From Alphaproteobacteria bacterium (GTDB lineage: Bacteria > Pseudomonadota > Alphaproteobacteria > Bin95): a stretch of 64,000 nt of DNA. Where the stretch lies: positions 384,001-448,000 of the forward strand of contig OZ219785.1 in assembly GCA_964291285.2 (NCBI GenBank), in the 5' to 3' direction. This document shows, piece after piece, positions 42,670-53,100 of this stretch; positions within the stretch are counted from its first letter, which is position 1, and each line of letters begins with the position of its first letter. The position numbers were made by a program, and so were the translations under genes. The notes under the pieces are model-generated. The model saw nothing but the letters and a program-made list of their open reading frames with translations, ran no database searches and was not told where the DNA came from.

Positions 42670-42899
42670 CCGAAGAGCCGCAGGTCATGCATCCCGATAT
42701 CGCCCGGCATCCGCGTCATGACCTCATCCTCCCGTCCCGAATTCCAAGCATGCGCCGCGCCCGCAGGACCGCAGCGAACCCGCCGGTGCAACCCATAACC
42801 CGTTCGCAGGCCGGTTTCAATGCGCGCTGTGCCCGATAGCCCGCCATCGGCAAGATGGCGGGCGTGGCCCAGCGGTACCAGTGTGGATGGCATTGCACG

Positions 42900-43004
42900 A
42901 CGCCCATCTCGCCGACCGTGATATCGAAGCCGCCGCGGAATACATCGGGCAGGTGTAGGTGATCGCGCGGGCCATGGCGGGTCAACCGCGAAAGCGTCGG
43001 TGAC
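42900..43004 (+). repeat. Decayed copy of the integrase-2 3' end (direct repeat of 30729-30828)
   Basis: ACGCCCATCTCGCCGACCG.GA.ATCGAAGCCGCCGCGGAA...GCGCGGGCCATGGCGG...CGGTGAC present at both sites. Confidence 0.85.
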
Positions 43005-43113
43005 AGCAGGGTATGGGCTGCGGGTTCCGGGGGCAGGGAGCCTGAGGCCGGCATGGAGGTTACATGCCATGGTTCCTGCAAAGACGGGCCACGACAATAT
43101 CGTTTCAGGCCGG

Positions 43114-44001
43114 CTATATGGGCGCCGAGGTCAGCGCATCATTGAGTCTGGCGAGGTCATCGCGGTTCTCCTTCGGGGAGCGCAACTCGATGGCCCGCCA
43201 GGCGCTCTGGGCGGCAAGCGCGTCGATGACTCGCGGAAGGTCGCCGGCCGGCAACGACTCCTCTTCCCGTAGAAACAGGATCAGGCCGCCGAAAACATTC
43301 TCGGGACTGAGATAGCTGCGCCCGGAATGCATTTTTTCGGCGATAATCGCGTATCGGGGACCGGTCAGTATTTGCAGGATGTCGTCCCGTCCAATACCCA
43401 GCAATTCGGCCATCCGTTCGGCCCAGTGCAAGCGCCACCACGACTTCCCGAGCGGAAAATCGTCGAATACGACACGAGCACCCCGAGGCTCAGGATTGCA
43501 GAGTGAACGCAGTATACGCCGGACGCAACGGTCCCTTGCTTTCGCCGATGCGTCATCCTCCGCACTCAAGGCGTCCTCGATATTGGACAAGCCGGCTTCG
43601 TCATGCGTGTCGCTGGCATTCGCGGCCAACCACGACGCCTGGACAAGGCCACGCTCGACCATTTCCCGCATGACAACGCCCCAGAAGCAGACATCCGCAT
43701 ACAATTCCTCGTTCCCGCCTCCGTCAGCAAGCGCAAATCCCTCCCGGATCTCCTTTTGTGTCGTAGGCGGCGGCTCGATGAATTCGTGTTCGGAAAACCG
43801 ATAATCGAAATCCCCAAGCGCACTGCAACCTTCAATGCTGTCAACAGGCAGATAGTCGTCCATATATTCGAGAAATTCCTCCTTGGAGCAACAAGCTTCA
43901 AGAAATTCCCTTTGAGCCTGTTCGGTTCCTCCCTTGCTCAGCAGGACTCGTTTTCCGAAATCATGCCATTCTTGCTTCGGATAGCGCTTCCGCTGGCCCA
44001 C
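43114..44001 (-). CDS. Hypothetical protein (295 aa), gene 4 of the PAPS/GHKL operon
   Basis: Long lower-GC ORF starting 3 bp after the previous stop; helical, with CFWG and KSWWRLHW motifs; GTG start. Confidence 0.75.
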   Translation of the reverse strand: MGQRKRYPKQEWHDFGKRVLLSKGGTEQAQREFLEACCSKEEFLEYMDDYLPVDSIEGCSALGDFDYRFSEHEFIEPPPTTQKEIREGFALADGGGNEELYADVCFWGVVMREMVERGLVQASWLAANASDTHDEAGLSNIEDALSAEDDASAKARDRCVRRILRSLCNPEPRGARVVFDDFPLGKSWWRLHWAERMAELLGIGRDDILQILTGPRYAIIAEKMHSGRSYLSPENVFGGLILFLREEESLPAGDLPRVIDALAAQSAWRAIELRSPKENRDDLARLNDALTSAPI

Positions 44002-44004
44002 GGA

Positions 44005-44913
44005 TCAATCCTCGTCTTCGGTATCGTCGGTTTTCAAAATAGCGTATGGCCGCATTTTCGTTGCCGCCAGACTCGGGTTGAAGTCGTCCTCGTCCCAGAA
44101 CATGTCGGTCTTTTCCTTCAGATGCCTTCCGTGTGCGAGCAATATCCGATTGATTGCACCTTCCTCATCATCATCGTGCCCGTCGCCATTGTTACATGAC
44201 ATCTGCATATAGCTATAGATGGCGCAAAGTGCCTGGGTCAGAATTGCCGACCGCATGGCGTCCCGGCTTGTCGATGGCGTCGTCTCTGTGAACGCCCGTA
44301 ATTCATCATAAACATCGCTGGCGCAGTAAAGGATCACGGGTTTCTCGTCTTCCCTGGCGTGTTCGCGTACGACAGTTTTCATTTCCCCTTTCCCGAGTTC
44401 CGTGTCTGGAAACACATGGATAAGGCTGATGAGCGAATCGTCGTCGAAACTCAGCTTCGCATGACGACCGATGCGGGCATGGCGCGGAATGTCGATCCGC
44501 TCTCCCTCCTGCCAAAGGTCCGTCAGGCCGGATCCGGGATGGTTGACGATCAGTTGCCTGTCGTTTGTCGTAACGATGCCAGGGAACACTTCCGGGGTTT
44601 CAAGATATCGGATCGGGATGCCCTGCTTCGCCGACAACGTGTCGGGAGACTCATCCCATGAGCCATCGAATAGCCACGCTTCGCGGCGGGCGCCGTTGCG
44701 GAACAGCAGCCGCGTCGAAAAGCGCGCGTCGCCCGAGACTATCCAGTCCCGAACGAAGGATACGCCGGTCAGGCGGTGCTCGACCGTCAGCATCCTCGGC
44801 TGGCCGCACCGCGCACCGCTTATCGTCGCCGCCACCTCGTAACGAATACCGTCAGCGAAACCCGCCCCATCCTCGTCGAGGACGGGGAAATCGAGAGCGA
44901 CAATCTCCGTCAT
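44005..44913 (-). CDS. Hypothetical protein (302 aa), gene 3 of the PAPS/GHKL operon
   Basis: ATGA overlap with the ATPase stop; N-terminal DFPVL motif. Confidence 0.8.
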   Translation of the reverse strand: MTEIVALDFPVLDEDGAGFADGIRYEVAATISGARCGQPRMLTVEHRLTGVSFVRDWIVSGDARFSTRLLFRNGARREAWLFDGSWDESPDTLSAKQGIPIRYLETPEVFPGIVTTNDRQLIVNHPGSGLTDLWQEGERIDIPRHARIGRHAKLSFDDDSLISLIHVFPDTELGKGEMKTVVREHAREDEKPVILYCASDVYDELRAFTETTPSTSRDAMRSAILTQALCAIYSYMQMSCNNGDGHDDDEEGAINRILLAHGRHLKEKTDMFWDEDDFNPSLAATKMRPYAILKTDDTEDED

Positions 44914-46763
44914 TCCGCGTCCTCCGGTTTCGCAGCATCGCCTTCCGTCTCCGACGGTCGCTCCCGTTTCAGCGAAACCAGAGGAAGGACGCCGACCGTC
45001 ATGCCTTGCGCGCTGCCGGGCGGCAAAGCCAGCACCGCCTCTACAACCACCCGCGCGTGCTTGGCCAGCCTGCCCAACGGGACGGTCTGGTCGTTCAAGA
45101 TTTCCGTGCTTCCATTTACCAGAACACTCTCCGGAGTGAACCGGTCTCCGGCGATGCTGTCGTCCCTGTCTTCGGCGACGCAGAACGAAAGCATGGCGCT
45201 GTCCCTGGGGTGCGTGTCCTCAAGTGGCGTGATTCTCACACGAACCCGCAGCCTGTCCTCTCTCCGCTCCGCCCTGGCCTCGACCCTCGCCTCGGCCGGG
45301 CGTCCGAACATCGGCGGGCGCGGGCTGTTGCCACCTCCACCGCCGCCCCTTTTTCTTTGTCCCTTTCCGGGAGGGCTGATTCCGAACCTTTCCACGCGCT
45401 TGGCCCTGCGGTTTCCGCCGACTGCCGCATCCACAGAGTCAAAAATGGGCAACTCGAACCCCTCCCGTTCGATTTTCGGCAGGCGCTCCCGAACTTTACC
45501 AGCCAGCTCTGCGAGCAACTCCCGAAGCCGGCGTTCGTCCCCATTGTTGAGTTGTCCTCTGTTAAGGCTGTTATGGTATGGGCCTTCCGCAGCCTTGACC
45601 AAGCCGAACAGCTCCTTGCCTGCCTGCGCTTGATTGACATCTATCACCAAGGAAAAACGAGCCACATCCTCCGACTTGCGCAGAGTATCGAACTCCGACA
45701 CCAGCATGGAATCGTGTCGGGCGATGAGCATATCGCTGCGAATCAGGGCAACCGACGACGCCGAAATGTCCTCGGTGTGGATATAGATATTCACTCGATC
45801 ATCATTGCTCAATTGAATCTCGGTGGCACTCGAGTCCCGAACAGCCAGATATGACTGCCATGTATGGCTCCCGGAGAGAATTTCTCCTCTTCTTCTCTTT
45901 CTCCTTTGCCTGTCTCTACCCTCCATCAACACTTTCTCGATTATACCTTGGTCCAGAATGACATTATCCTTACGATTCTTCCTGTGAATACATACCGATA
46001 ATCTTTCGTGTAAAATGGCACTGAAGAAGTGATTTGCAATTGCTGTTTCAAAATCATCACCCCACTTATCCGACAAACCGAGAATTCCGATGATACTACC
46101 ATGTCCTCTATCTCCCATGGCACGCGCCATAAATTGTGGCATATCGTTCGGGTAATCAAAACAAGGGTTGGCCTCATCTTCGGGCTTTGAATTCAATATT
46201 CTCCCGACATTACCGCGTTTGGCATCGGTGTCCTGAAAACCGGCAAGAATGGGAACGCCGGTAAATAGTGTTGTTTCTTCTCTTCGGGAAGCATAAAGAA
46301 CATACCTTAGCGAAGACAGATCATACGCTTTGAGGTGACCGACCCCGAATGATCCGCCGCTGCCTTCCCGCTTGCTGCTGCGGTGTTCTATCAGGGAATC
46401 GAGTATTTTGCTGTCCATCCCATTGCCATTGTCGGTAAACAAGAGGACAGGAATTTTCTTTTTGTTCAGCTCCGACTCAATGTTCTCAACAATCATTTCC
46501 TGCTGACGTTTGTAAGCATTTAGTTCTTTTTGAGTTTCAACCGCTTTATGCAAATACTGTCTGTAACTGTCAATATGAGGAATATCGCCAATTGAAATTT
46601 CATCAATGGTAATTTCTACACGGCACTCCGTGCCATCTGTAGTTGCATCGAGAGAATTCTGCATCAGTTCCCGTATCGGGATATCCAGACCTTCCTGCCT
46701 GTCCGCAGTCGTACTGGAGGTAAAGCCGTCCATACTGCCGTAGGGGAAATAAAGTTCGGTCAT
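44910..46763 (-). CDS. GHKL (HATPase/MORC-like) ATPase-domain protein (617 aa)
   Basis: Bergerat-fold boxes IRELMQNSLDA, FTDNGNGM, GGSFGVG and HGSIIGI. Confidence 0.85.
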   Translation of the reverse strand: MTELYFPYGSMDGFTSSTTADRQEGLDIPIRELMQNSLDATTDGTECRVEITIDEISIGDIPHIDSYRQYLHKAVETQKELNAYKRQQEMIVENIESELNKKKIPVLLFTDNGNGMDSKILDSLIEHRSSKREGSGGSFGVGHLKAYDLSSLRYVLYASRREETTLFTGVPILAGFQDTDAKRGNVGRILNSKPEDEANPCFDYPNDMPQFMARAMGDRGHGSIIGILGLSDKWGDDFETAIANHFFSAILHERLSVCIHRKNRKDNVILDQGIIEKVLMEGRDRQRRKRRRGEILSGSHTWQSYLAVRDSSATEIQLSNDDRVNIYIHTEDISASSVALIRSDMLIARHDSMLVSEFDTLRKSEDVARFSLVIDVNQAQAGKELFGLVKAAEGPYHNSLNRGQLNNGDERRLRELLAELAGKVRERLPKIEREGFELPIFDSVDAAVGGNRRAKRVERFGISPPGKGQRKRGGGGGGNSPRPPMFGRPAEARVEARAERREDRLRVRVRITPLEDTHPRDSAMLSFCVAEDRDDSIAGDRFTPESVLVNGSTEILNDQTVPLGRLAKHARVVVEAVLALPPGSAQGMTVGVLPLVSLKRERPSETEGDAAKPEDAE

Positions 46764-46775
46764 CGGCGTCAGGCG

Positions 46776-48020
46776 TCAATCCGTGCAATTGCAATCATCG
46801 TAGGATTCGTCCACCAGAAATTCGGCTTCCGGCATGGCTGGCGAGCAACCCGCAGCCTCTTTGGCGGCGTCCCGGATTGCCCCATAGACCGGCCCGCCGG
46901 CCGGCCCGAAGAAGCCGAAATGCGTGACGCTCTCGTGTGTCCTGTTGCGCTTCTCTTCAATGAGGTTACGGCCGTATCGTCCTTCCATCGCCGCCCACCA
47001 GTCAATCGATTCCGGGTTCGAGGCGTCCGAGGGGCACTCCCGAGCCAGCGTCATCAGGCTGGATCGGCCTTTCATCATGCAGAACACACAATTGCCGTAA
47101 CGCCCGTCGGGGGGCAGTCCGAGATCAAACTGCTGCAACTTCCAGAACGCCGTCACGGCTTCCCTGTCAATATCGCCTTCCACCAAGGGCGCACTGACGG
47201 CCTCGCCCGGCGGCTGGTCCCCCCAAGCCCGGCCCTTCCGCCTCTGGGCGCTGGCGATACGGGCCTTCATCTTGGCGAGCCTGTGCGCTTCATCGGCCCG
47301 GATGCCGAGACAGGATTCGAATCGTATCGCCTTCGGACCGAAAAGCCTTGCAGGCGGCGTCGCCCGCCACAAGTCAGGGACGGATGAGAAATCGGCGAAA
47401 CGCTGCGCGGGCCGGGTCAGCGGACAACTCCTCACATAGCATTTCTTGTCGAGTAGAATCGCTGGCGGCGTTCGACCGCGATTCCGTCTGTGCCCGGCGA
47501 GCAGGCTTTCGTCGGTGATGCGGGAGCCTGATCCGGAATGGCCCAGCCGCTTCGGACCGTCGCCGCGACCGAACCAGTCCGACAGGAACGCATTGGACGG
47601 GGCGACCTTCATCATTCGGGTGCAGAACCGGGCCTGTATCGAAGGCGTTGCGCACTCGTAGGACAGCATTTCCTCGAACACTTCGCCCCGGTGGCGATAC
47701 CCGGCCGGATTATCCGGCCCGAAGGGGCGTTCGTTCACCAGACGGTAGGCCGGGCGGCGCGCCCAGTCGCCGCGAACCGCATCTTCATAAGTGCAGAATT
47801 CGAGCCAGAAAAAGGGCAGGCCGCGGTTTTCCGCCAGAACCTTCAGGTGCCCCAGATAGTCGTAAGTCGCCGGATGCTCGGCAGAGGTGTTCGTGAAGAT
47901 GGCGACGTCGCCGCGCGATGGATCCAGGGCGCGCGCATCCAGCAGGCGCAGCAGCATCATGCCCGACGAACGCCCGCCTGAGACTTTCACGATCCTGGGT
48001 ACGTCCGGGCCTGTTTCCAT
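46776..48020 (-). CDS. PAPS-reductase/adenine nucleotide alpha-hydrolase family protein with Cys motifs (414 aa)
   Basis: PP-loop VSGGRSS, NTSAEHPATY, RFCTRMMK, LGIRADE, GNCVFCMMK and terminal CNC; GGAGG upstream of ATG 48020. Confidence 0.85.
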   Translation of the reverse strand: METGPDVPRIVKVSGGRSSGMMLLRLLDARALDPSRGDVAIFTNTSAEHPATYDYLGHLKVLAENRGLPFFWLEFCTYEDAVRGDWARRPAYRLVNERPFGPDNPAGYRHRGEVFEEMLSYECATPSIQARFCTRMMKVAPSNAFLSDWFGRGDGPKRLGHSGSGSRITDESLLAGHRRNRGRTPPAILLDKKCYVRSCPLTRPAQRFADFSSVPDLWRATPPARLFGPKAIRFESCLGIRADEAHRLAKMKARIASAQRRKGRAWGDQPPGEAVSAPLVEGDIDREAVTAFWKLQQFDLGLPPDGRYGNCVFCMMKGRSSLMTLARECPSDASNPESIDWWAAMEGRYGRNLIEEKRNRTHESVTHFGFFGPAGGPVYGAIRDAAKEAAGCSPAMPEAEFLVDESYDDCNCTD

Positions 48021-48236
48021 GCGTCCAGTGCCTCCCATCGGAGACAGAACAATATGGTTCGACGATGAGCAACACAAATCGGGACTGACAGAACCATCTT
48101 TGGATTTCTGTTCGAGGCGGCCATCGCTCCTGAAGACCCGCGCGCGGCGCAGAACGACCGCCCCGCGGGCTGCCGTGACAAGACTGTCCTTGCGGACGAC
48201 TATGGGCGGACGGCCCATCCGGTCTAGGATGCGCGC

Positions 48237-48872
48237 ATGGTGGCGACGGTGACGAGCCTTTCGTCGGCGAGTTCGACGGTCCACTATTTCGAGCAGGACG
48301 GCTACTACGCGAAGAACGATCCGGAGCACCGCAAGGCGAGCTTCTGGCATGAGGAGCTGGCGCGGGCTGCCGGGTCTCGGGCGGCATGTTTCGCCGACGC
48401 TCTTCAACGCGATTCTTCAGGGTCATGTACCCGGCACGGATATCCGGCTGGGCCGGGTGCGCGACGGCGGGCGCCAGCACCGTCCGGGGGTGGACGTCAC
48501 GCTTTCGGCGCCGAAGTCGGTCTCGCTGGCGGCGCTGCTGCACGGTGACCGTCGGGTGATCCGCGCGCATGACGAGGCGGTGCGGGAGACGCTGGACCGG
48601 CTGGAGGCGGAGCTGCTGCAGACGCGGGGCTGGGACCCGGCGACGCGGCGGCGCTCGCGTGTGAAGGCGCACGGCATGATCGCGGCGACGTTCCGGCATC
48701 TTGCGAGCCGCAATCTGGACCCGCAGCTGCACACGCACTGCGTGGTGGCGAACATGTCCCGGAACGGTGCCGGGGAGTGGCGGAGCATCGAGGCGACGGC
48801 GATCCGCCGCAACAGGAAGCTGATCGGGGCGCATTACCGCAACGGGCTGGCGCGGCGTCTGGAGGCGTTCGG
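48237..48872 (+). pseudogene. Truncated, frameshifted MobF (TrwC-type) relaxase
   Basis: YFEQDGYY, +1 frameshift near 48350-48385, HLASRNLDPQLHTH; homology to the 50168 gene ends near 48870. Confidence 0.85.
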
Positions 48873-49004
48873 TCACGTTCGGGATTGCCGGATTCCCGGC
48901 GCTCGTCATGTCGTCCGTCGCAGCCTGCCACGGCAGATGAATTTTCCCCCCGCCTCGTCCATGCTGTCCGTTTACGGACGCATCGGCGAGGGGGAGCGGC
49001 GAAG

Positions 49005-50114
49005 ATGACCTCGAAGAAGAAGGGAGGCAACGGCGCACCGCCGCCGGACGGTGCCGGCGAGGACATGAACCTGCTGATCGGCTGGCGCGCCGGCAGGGCG
49101 GATGGGGCGGGCGAGCCGACGCCGGACAGGAGTGCCGAGCCAGCCGCCGGACCCGGCGCGGAGACCGCCCCCGCTCCTGCCGCGGTGCTGGCGGAACTCG
49201 CCGCCGGCCAGCGGCGCATCCTTGCCCTGCTGGAGGAGCTGACCGCGAAGCCGGGCGCCACGGCGGGCGAAGACGGGGCGGACCTCGGGGAGGCGGCGCG
49301 TTCGATCGCGGCGGCGACGGAGTGGGCGAACGACATCCGGGCGGCGATGGACAGCCTGCTGGTGACGGCGGGCACGTCGATCCGGGACCTCGGGAAGGCG
49401 GAGCGGGGCCTCGCTGGCGAGGTGGCGGCGCTGAAGGCCCGGGAGGAGGGGTTCGACCGTCAGATCGAGACCCTTTCCGGCAATGCCGGGACGCTCGGCG
49501 CGCGCCTGCGGCAGCTGGACGAGGCGCGGCAGAAGCTGGACGCGCGTTCGGCCGAGCTCCAGGCGGTGAAGCAGGATATCGTCGGATACTACGATGAGTG
49601 GAGCACCGCCGCGCTGGCCTGCCGGCAGGAGATGGCCGTGCTGACCGACCGCCTCGCCGAGGGCGAGAACCTCGTTTCGCGGGTGGAGCAGGCGATCGGC
49701 CCCTGGACGGCGCGGATCGAGAAGAGTCTGGATGAGAACGCGGAGGTGCAGGAGCTGGCAGTGGCGCGGACCTCCGGCAATGTGCAAAGGCTGACCGAGA
49801 GCGGAGACGCATTCCTCAAGAGGTTCGGCTCGGTCTGGCAGGGGGCGCTGGAGGATTTCCGGAAGGAGTGGCGGAACACGCGGCGCTGGACCGTGCCGGT
49901 GCTGGCGGCGGTGCTGGTCGTGATGGTGCCGACCCTGACCGTGGTGGGGGCGGTCGGCCAGAGCAAGGTGGGCGTCTTCGCGCCCTACGACGACACGGGC
50001 AACTGGAAACGGATCGTCTGGGAGCAGCAGGGCGAGCAGGTAAAGCAGTGCCTGAAGGAATCCCTGAGGTCCGGCGAGCCCGTCATATGCACCCTCGAGG
50101 TCCAGTGGAAATGA
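49005..50114 (+). CDS. Coiled-coil protein with C-terminal TM segment (mobilisation-associated hypothetical)
   Basis: GGGAG RBS; long heptad pattern; hydrophobic VPVLAAVLVVMVPTLTVVGAVG; directly upstream of the relaxase. Confidence 0.7.
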   Translation: MTSKKKGGNGAPPPDGAGEDMNLLIGWRAGRADGAGEPTPDRSAEPAAGPGAETAPAPAAVLAELAAGQRRILALLEELTAKPGATAGEDGADLGEAARSIAAATEWANDIRAAMDSLLVTAGTSIRDLGKAERGLAGEVAALKAREEGFDRQIETLSGNAGTLGARLRQLDEARQKLDARSAELQAVKQDIVGYYDEWSTAALACRQEMAVLTDRLAEGENLVSRVEQAIGPWTARIEKSLDENAEVQELAVARTSGNVQRLTESGDAFLKRFGSVWQGALEDFRKEWRNTRRWTVPVLAAVLVVMVPTLTVVGAVGQSKVGVFAPYDDTGNWKRIVWEQQGEQVKQCLKESLRSGEPVICTLEVQWK

Positions 50115-50167
50115 GTGCCGTGGCTGCGAGCGGTGCGATTGCGGCCGGGCAAGGCTGATCGAGGCGC

Positions 50168-53100
50168 ATGGTTGCGGGCCTGACGGACCTCACCTCGACC
50201 ACGATGACGGTCGGGTATTTCTCCAGGGAGGGTTACTACGCGAAGAACGACCCGCGCCAGCGCCGGGCGAGCTTCTGGCACGGGGCCGGAGCGGCGGCGC
50301 TCGGCATGGCCAGGCATGTCTCGCCGCGGGCGTTCGGGCGCATCCTGTCGGGCCATGTGCCCGGCACGGACATCCGGCTCGGGCGGGTGCGGGACGGGGA
50401 GCACCAGCACCGGCCGGGCTTCGACCTGACGCTGTCGGCGCCGAAGACGGTCTCGCTGGAGGCGCTGCTCCATGGGGACCGGCGGGTGCTGGGCGCGCAC
50501 GACGCGGCCGTGAAGGCGACCCTGGACTGGCTGGAGAGGGAGCTGCTGCAGACGCGGTCGTACGATCCCGTGACCCGGCAGCGTCCGCGCGTGGCGGCGA
50601 ACGGACTGGTGGCGGCCGGGTTCCGTCACCTGACGAGCCGGGACCAGGACCCGCAGCTTCACACGCACTGCATCATCGCCAACATGACGCGCGACCGGTC
50701 GGGCGCGTGGCGGAGCGTCGAGCCGACGGAAATCCGGCGCAACGTGCGGCTGATCGGGGCGGTCTACCGCCAGGAACTGGCGCGGCGGCTGCTGGCGCTC
50801 GGGTTCGCGATCGAGGCGACGATGATCGGCGGCGTGCCGGGGTTCGAGATCGCGGGCTACGGGCGGGAGTTCGTGGACGCGTTCTCGTCGCGGCGCCGGG
50901 AGATTCTGGCGTGGCTGGACAAGCACGGCCTGCCCTGGAGCGCGGCGCTGACGCAGCAGGCGGCGCTGATCACCCGGAAGAAGAAGGCGGACAGGGACGT
51001 CGACGAGCTGCGGGCGGAGTGGAAGACGCGCGCCGAGGAGCTCGGGCTCTCCCGCGACCGCAGCATCGCCAGGCCCGGGCTCCGGCGGACGACGACCGCG
51101 TCGCGGAAGACGGCGCGCAAGGCGGGCCGGCCCTATGTGCGGACAGCGGAGGAGCTGCAGCCCGAGCCGCCGGGGCTGAGCGCGCGGGAGGTGACCTGGC
51201 GCGCGGTGGAGCATCTGGCGGAGCGGGCCCCGGTGATCCGGGAGCGCGAGATCAGGGCGATCGCGCTCGGCCATGCGCCGGGCCGGCACGGGCTGGGAGA
51301 CATCGACGCGGCGTTGGCGGGGCTGATCGGGGACGGCCACCTCGTGGAAGCGCAGCTCCGGGGCGGGCGCTCGTTCGTGACCTCGGAGGCGCTCGGCCTG
51401 GAGCGCGGGATCATGGCCATGAAGCGCCGGGCGCTGGGCGCCTCGCAACCGCTGGCGGAGGAGACGGCCGTCTCGTGCCGATTGGCCGAAACGGCGCTGA
51501 CCGAAGGGCAGCAGGAGGCGGTGCGCACCATCCTGCTGTCGCAAGACGGCATCGTGGCGGTGCAGGGCGCGGCCGGCACCGGCAAGACGACGATGCTGAA
51601 GGAGGCGCTGGGGCTGCTGGGCGGACGCAGGGCGGTCCTGCTGGCGCCCTCGGCAGCCGCCGCGCGGGTTCTGCGGGAGGAGACCGGCGTCCGGTCCCGG
51701 CCGCTGCAATGGTTCCTCACCCGCCACGGCGATCTGGGCAATGCCGCGCGCGTGGCCCGGGACCGGCAGGACCACGAGGGCGCGGTGCTGGTGGTGGACG
51801 AGGCCTCGATGGTCTCGACCGCGGAGATGGAGTTGCTGATGCGGATCGCGGCGCGGTTCCGCGTCGCGCGGCTGGTGCTGGTGGGCGACCGGCGGCAGCT
51901 GCGGGCCGTGCGGGCGGGCGAGCCGTTCCGGGCGCTGCAGGAGGCGGGCGTGGCGACGGCGGAGATGGAGGAGGTCCTGCGCCAGCGCGACCCGGCCTTG
52001 AAGGCTGCGGTCGAGCATCTGAAGGAGGGCCGTCCCCGCGAGGCGCTTCGGGAGCTCGAACATGTCCACGAGGCGCCGCAGCAGGAGTTGGGCGCGGAGG
52101 CGGCCCGGCTCTGGCTGGCGCTCGACCCGGAGGACCGGGCGCGGACGGCGATCCTGGCGCCGACGCATTTCATCCGGGCGGAGATCCACCGGGTCGTGCG
52201 GGACGGGCTTGCGCGCGAGGGCGTGCTGCACGGGCGCGAGCTGGAACTCGAACGCTATGCGAACCGCCACCTGACGGCGGCGCAGCGCGCGGACCTGCGC
52301 AACCACGAGCCGGGCGACATCGTGCTGTTCCACTCGCGCGTGGCGCCGCTGCGGGTGGAGAAGGGCGACGCCTGCCGGGTGATGCGCGCGGAGGGAGAGT
52401 TCGTCTTCCTGGAGCACCCGACGGGGCGGACGGTGCGCATCCGCCCCGGCGACAGCTGGGTGCGCTACCGGTTCGGGCTCTACGAGACGGCGCGCATCCG
52501 CATCCGGGCGGGCGACCGCATCCGCTGGACGATGAACGACGAGCGGCGCGGGCTTGTGAACGGCGGCGGTGCGGTGGTGCGGGAGATCGGGTCGCGCCGG
52601 GTGAGGTTCGATCTGGGAGACGGCAGGACCCTGTCGCTGGCGCGCACCGACCCGCAACTCCGCCATATCGACCATGCCTGGAGCACGACCCTGCATGCGG
52701 CGCAGGGCATGACAAGCGACGGCGCGATCGGCGTGCTCGACACGGGGCACGGGGCGCTGACCGGCCAGGCGGGCCTCCATGTGGAGGCGAGCCGGGCCCG
52801 GGACCGGTTCGTGCTGGTGACGAACGATCGCGAGCGGCTGGAGGAGGTGCTGGAGGCGAATGACGGCTCGCGCATGACGGCGCTGGAGGCGGTGGGCGAG
52901 AACGGGGACCCGCCGCCCGCCGCGGCGCTTGCCATGTTGCGCGGGCTGGAGGCGGACTGGCGGGAACTCGTTGCCCGGGCTGAAACGCAGGGCAGCGACC
53001 TTGTCCGCACGGAGGGCTATGCCCGTATCGTGACCGGCACGGCGATGCTGGCGGAGGACATGGCGCTTCCGGCGGACCTGCGGGCGTTCGTGGAGGAGGT

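Noticed and set aside
43114-48020. Canonical dnd/ssp phosphorothioation cluster or cysH sulfate assimilation gene
   Set aside because: No SMC-like DndD, DndE, cysteine desulfurase, SspB/C or cys genes; the partner is a GHKL ATPase. Kept as a novel candidate instead.
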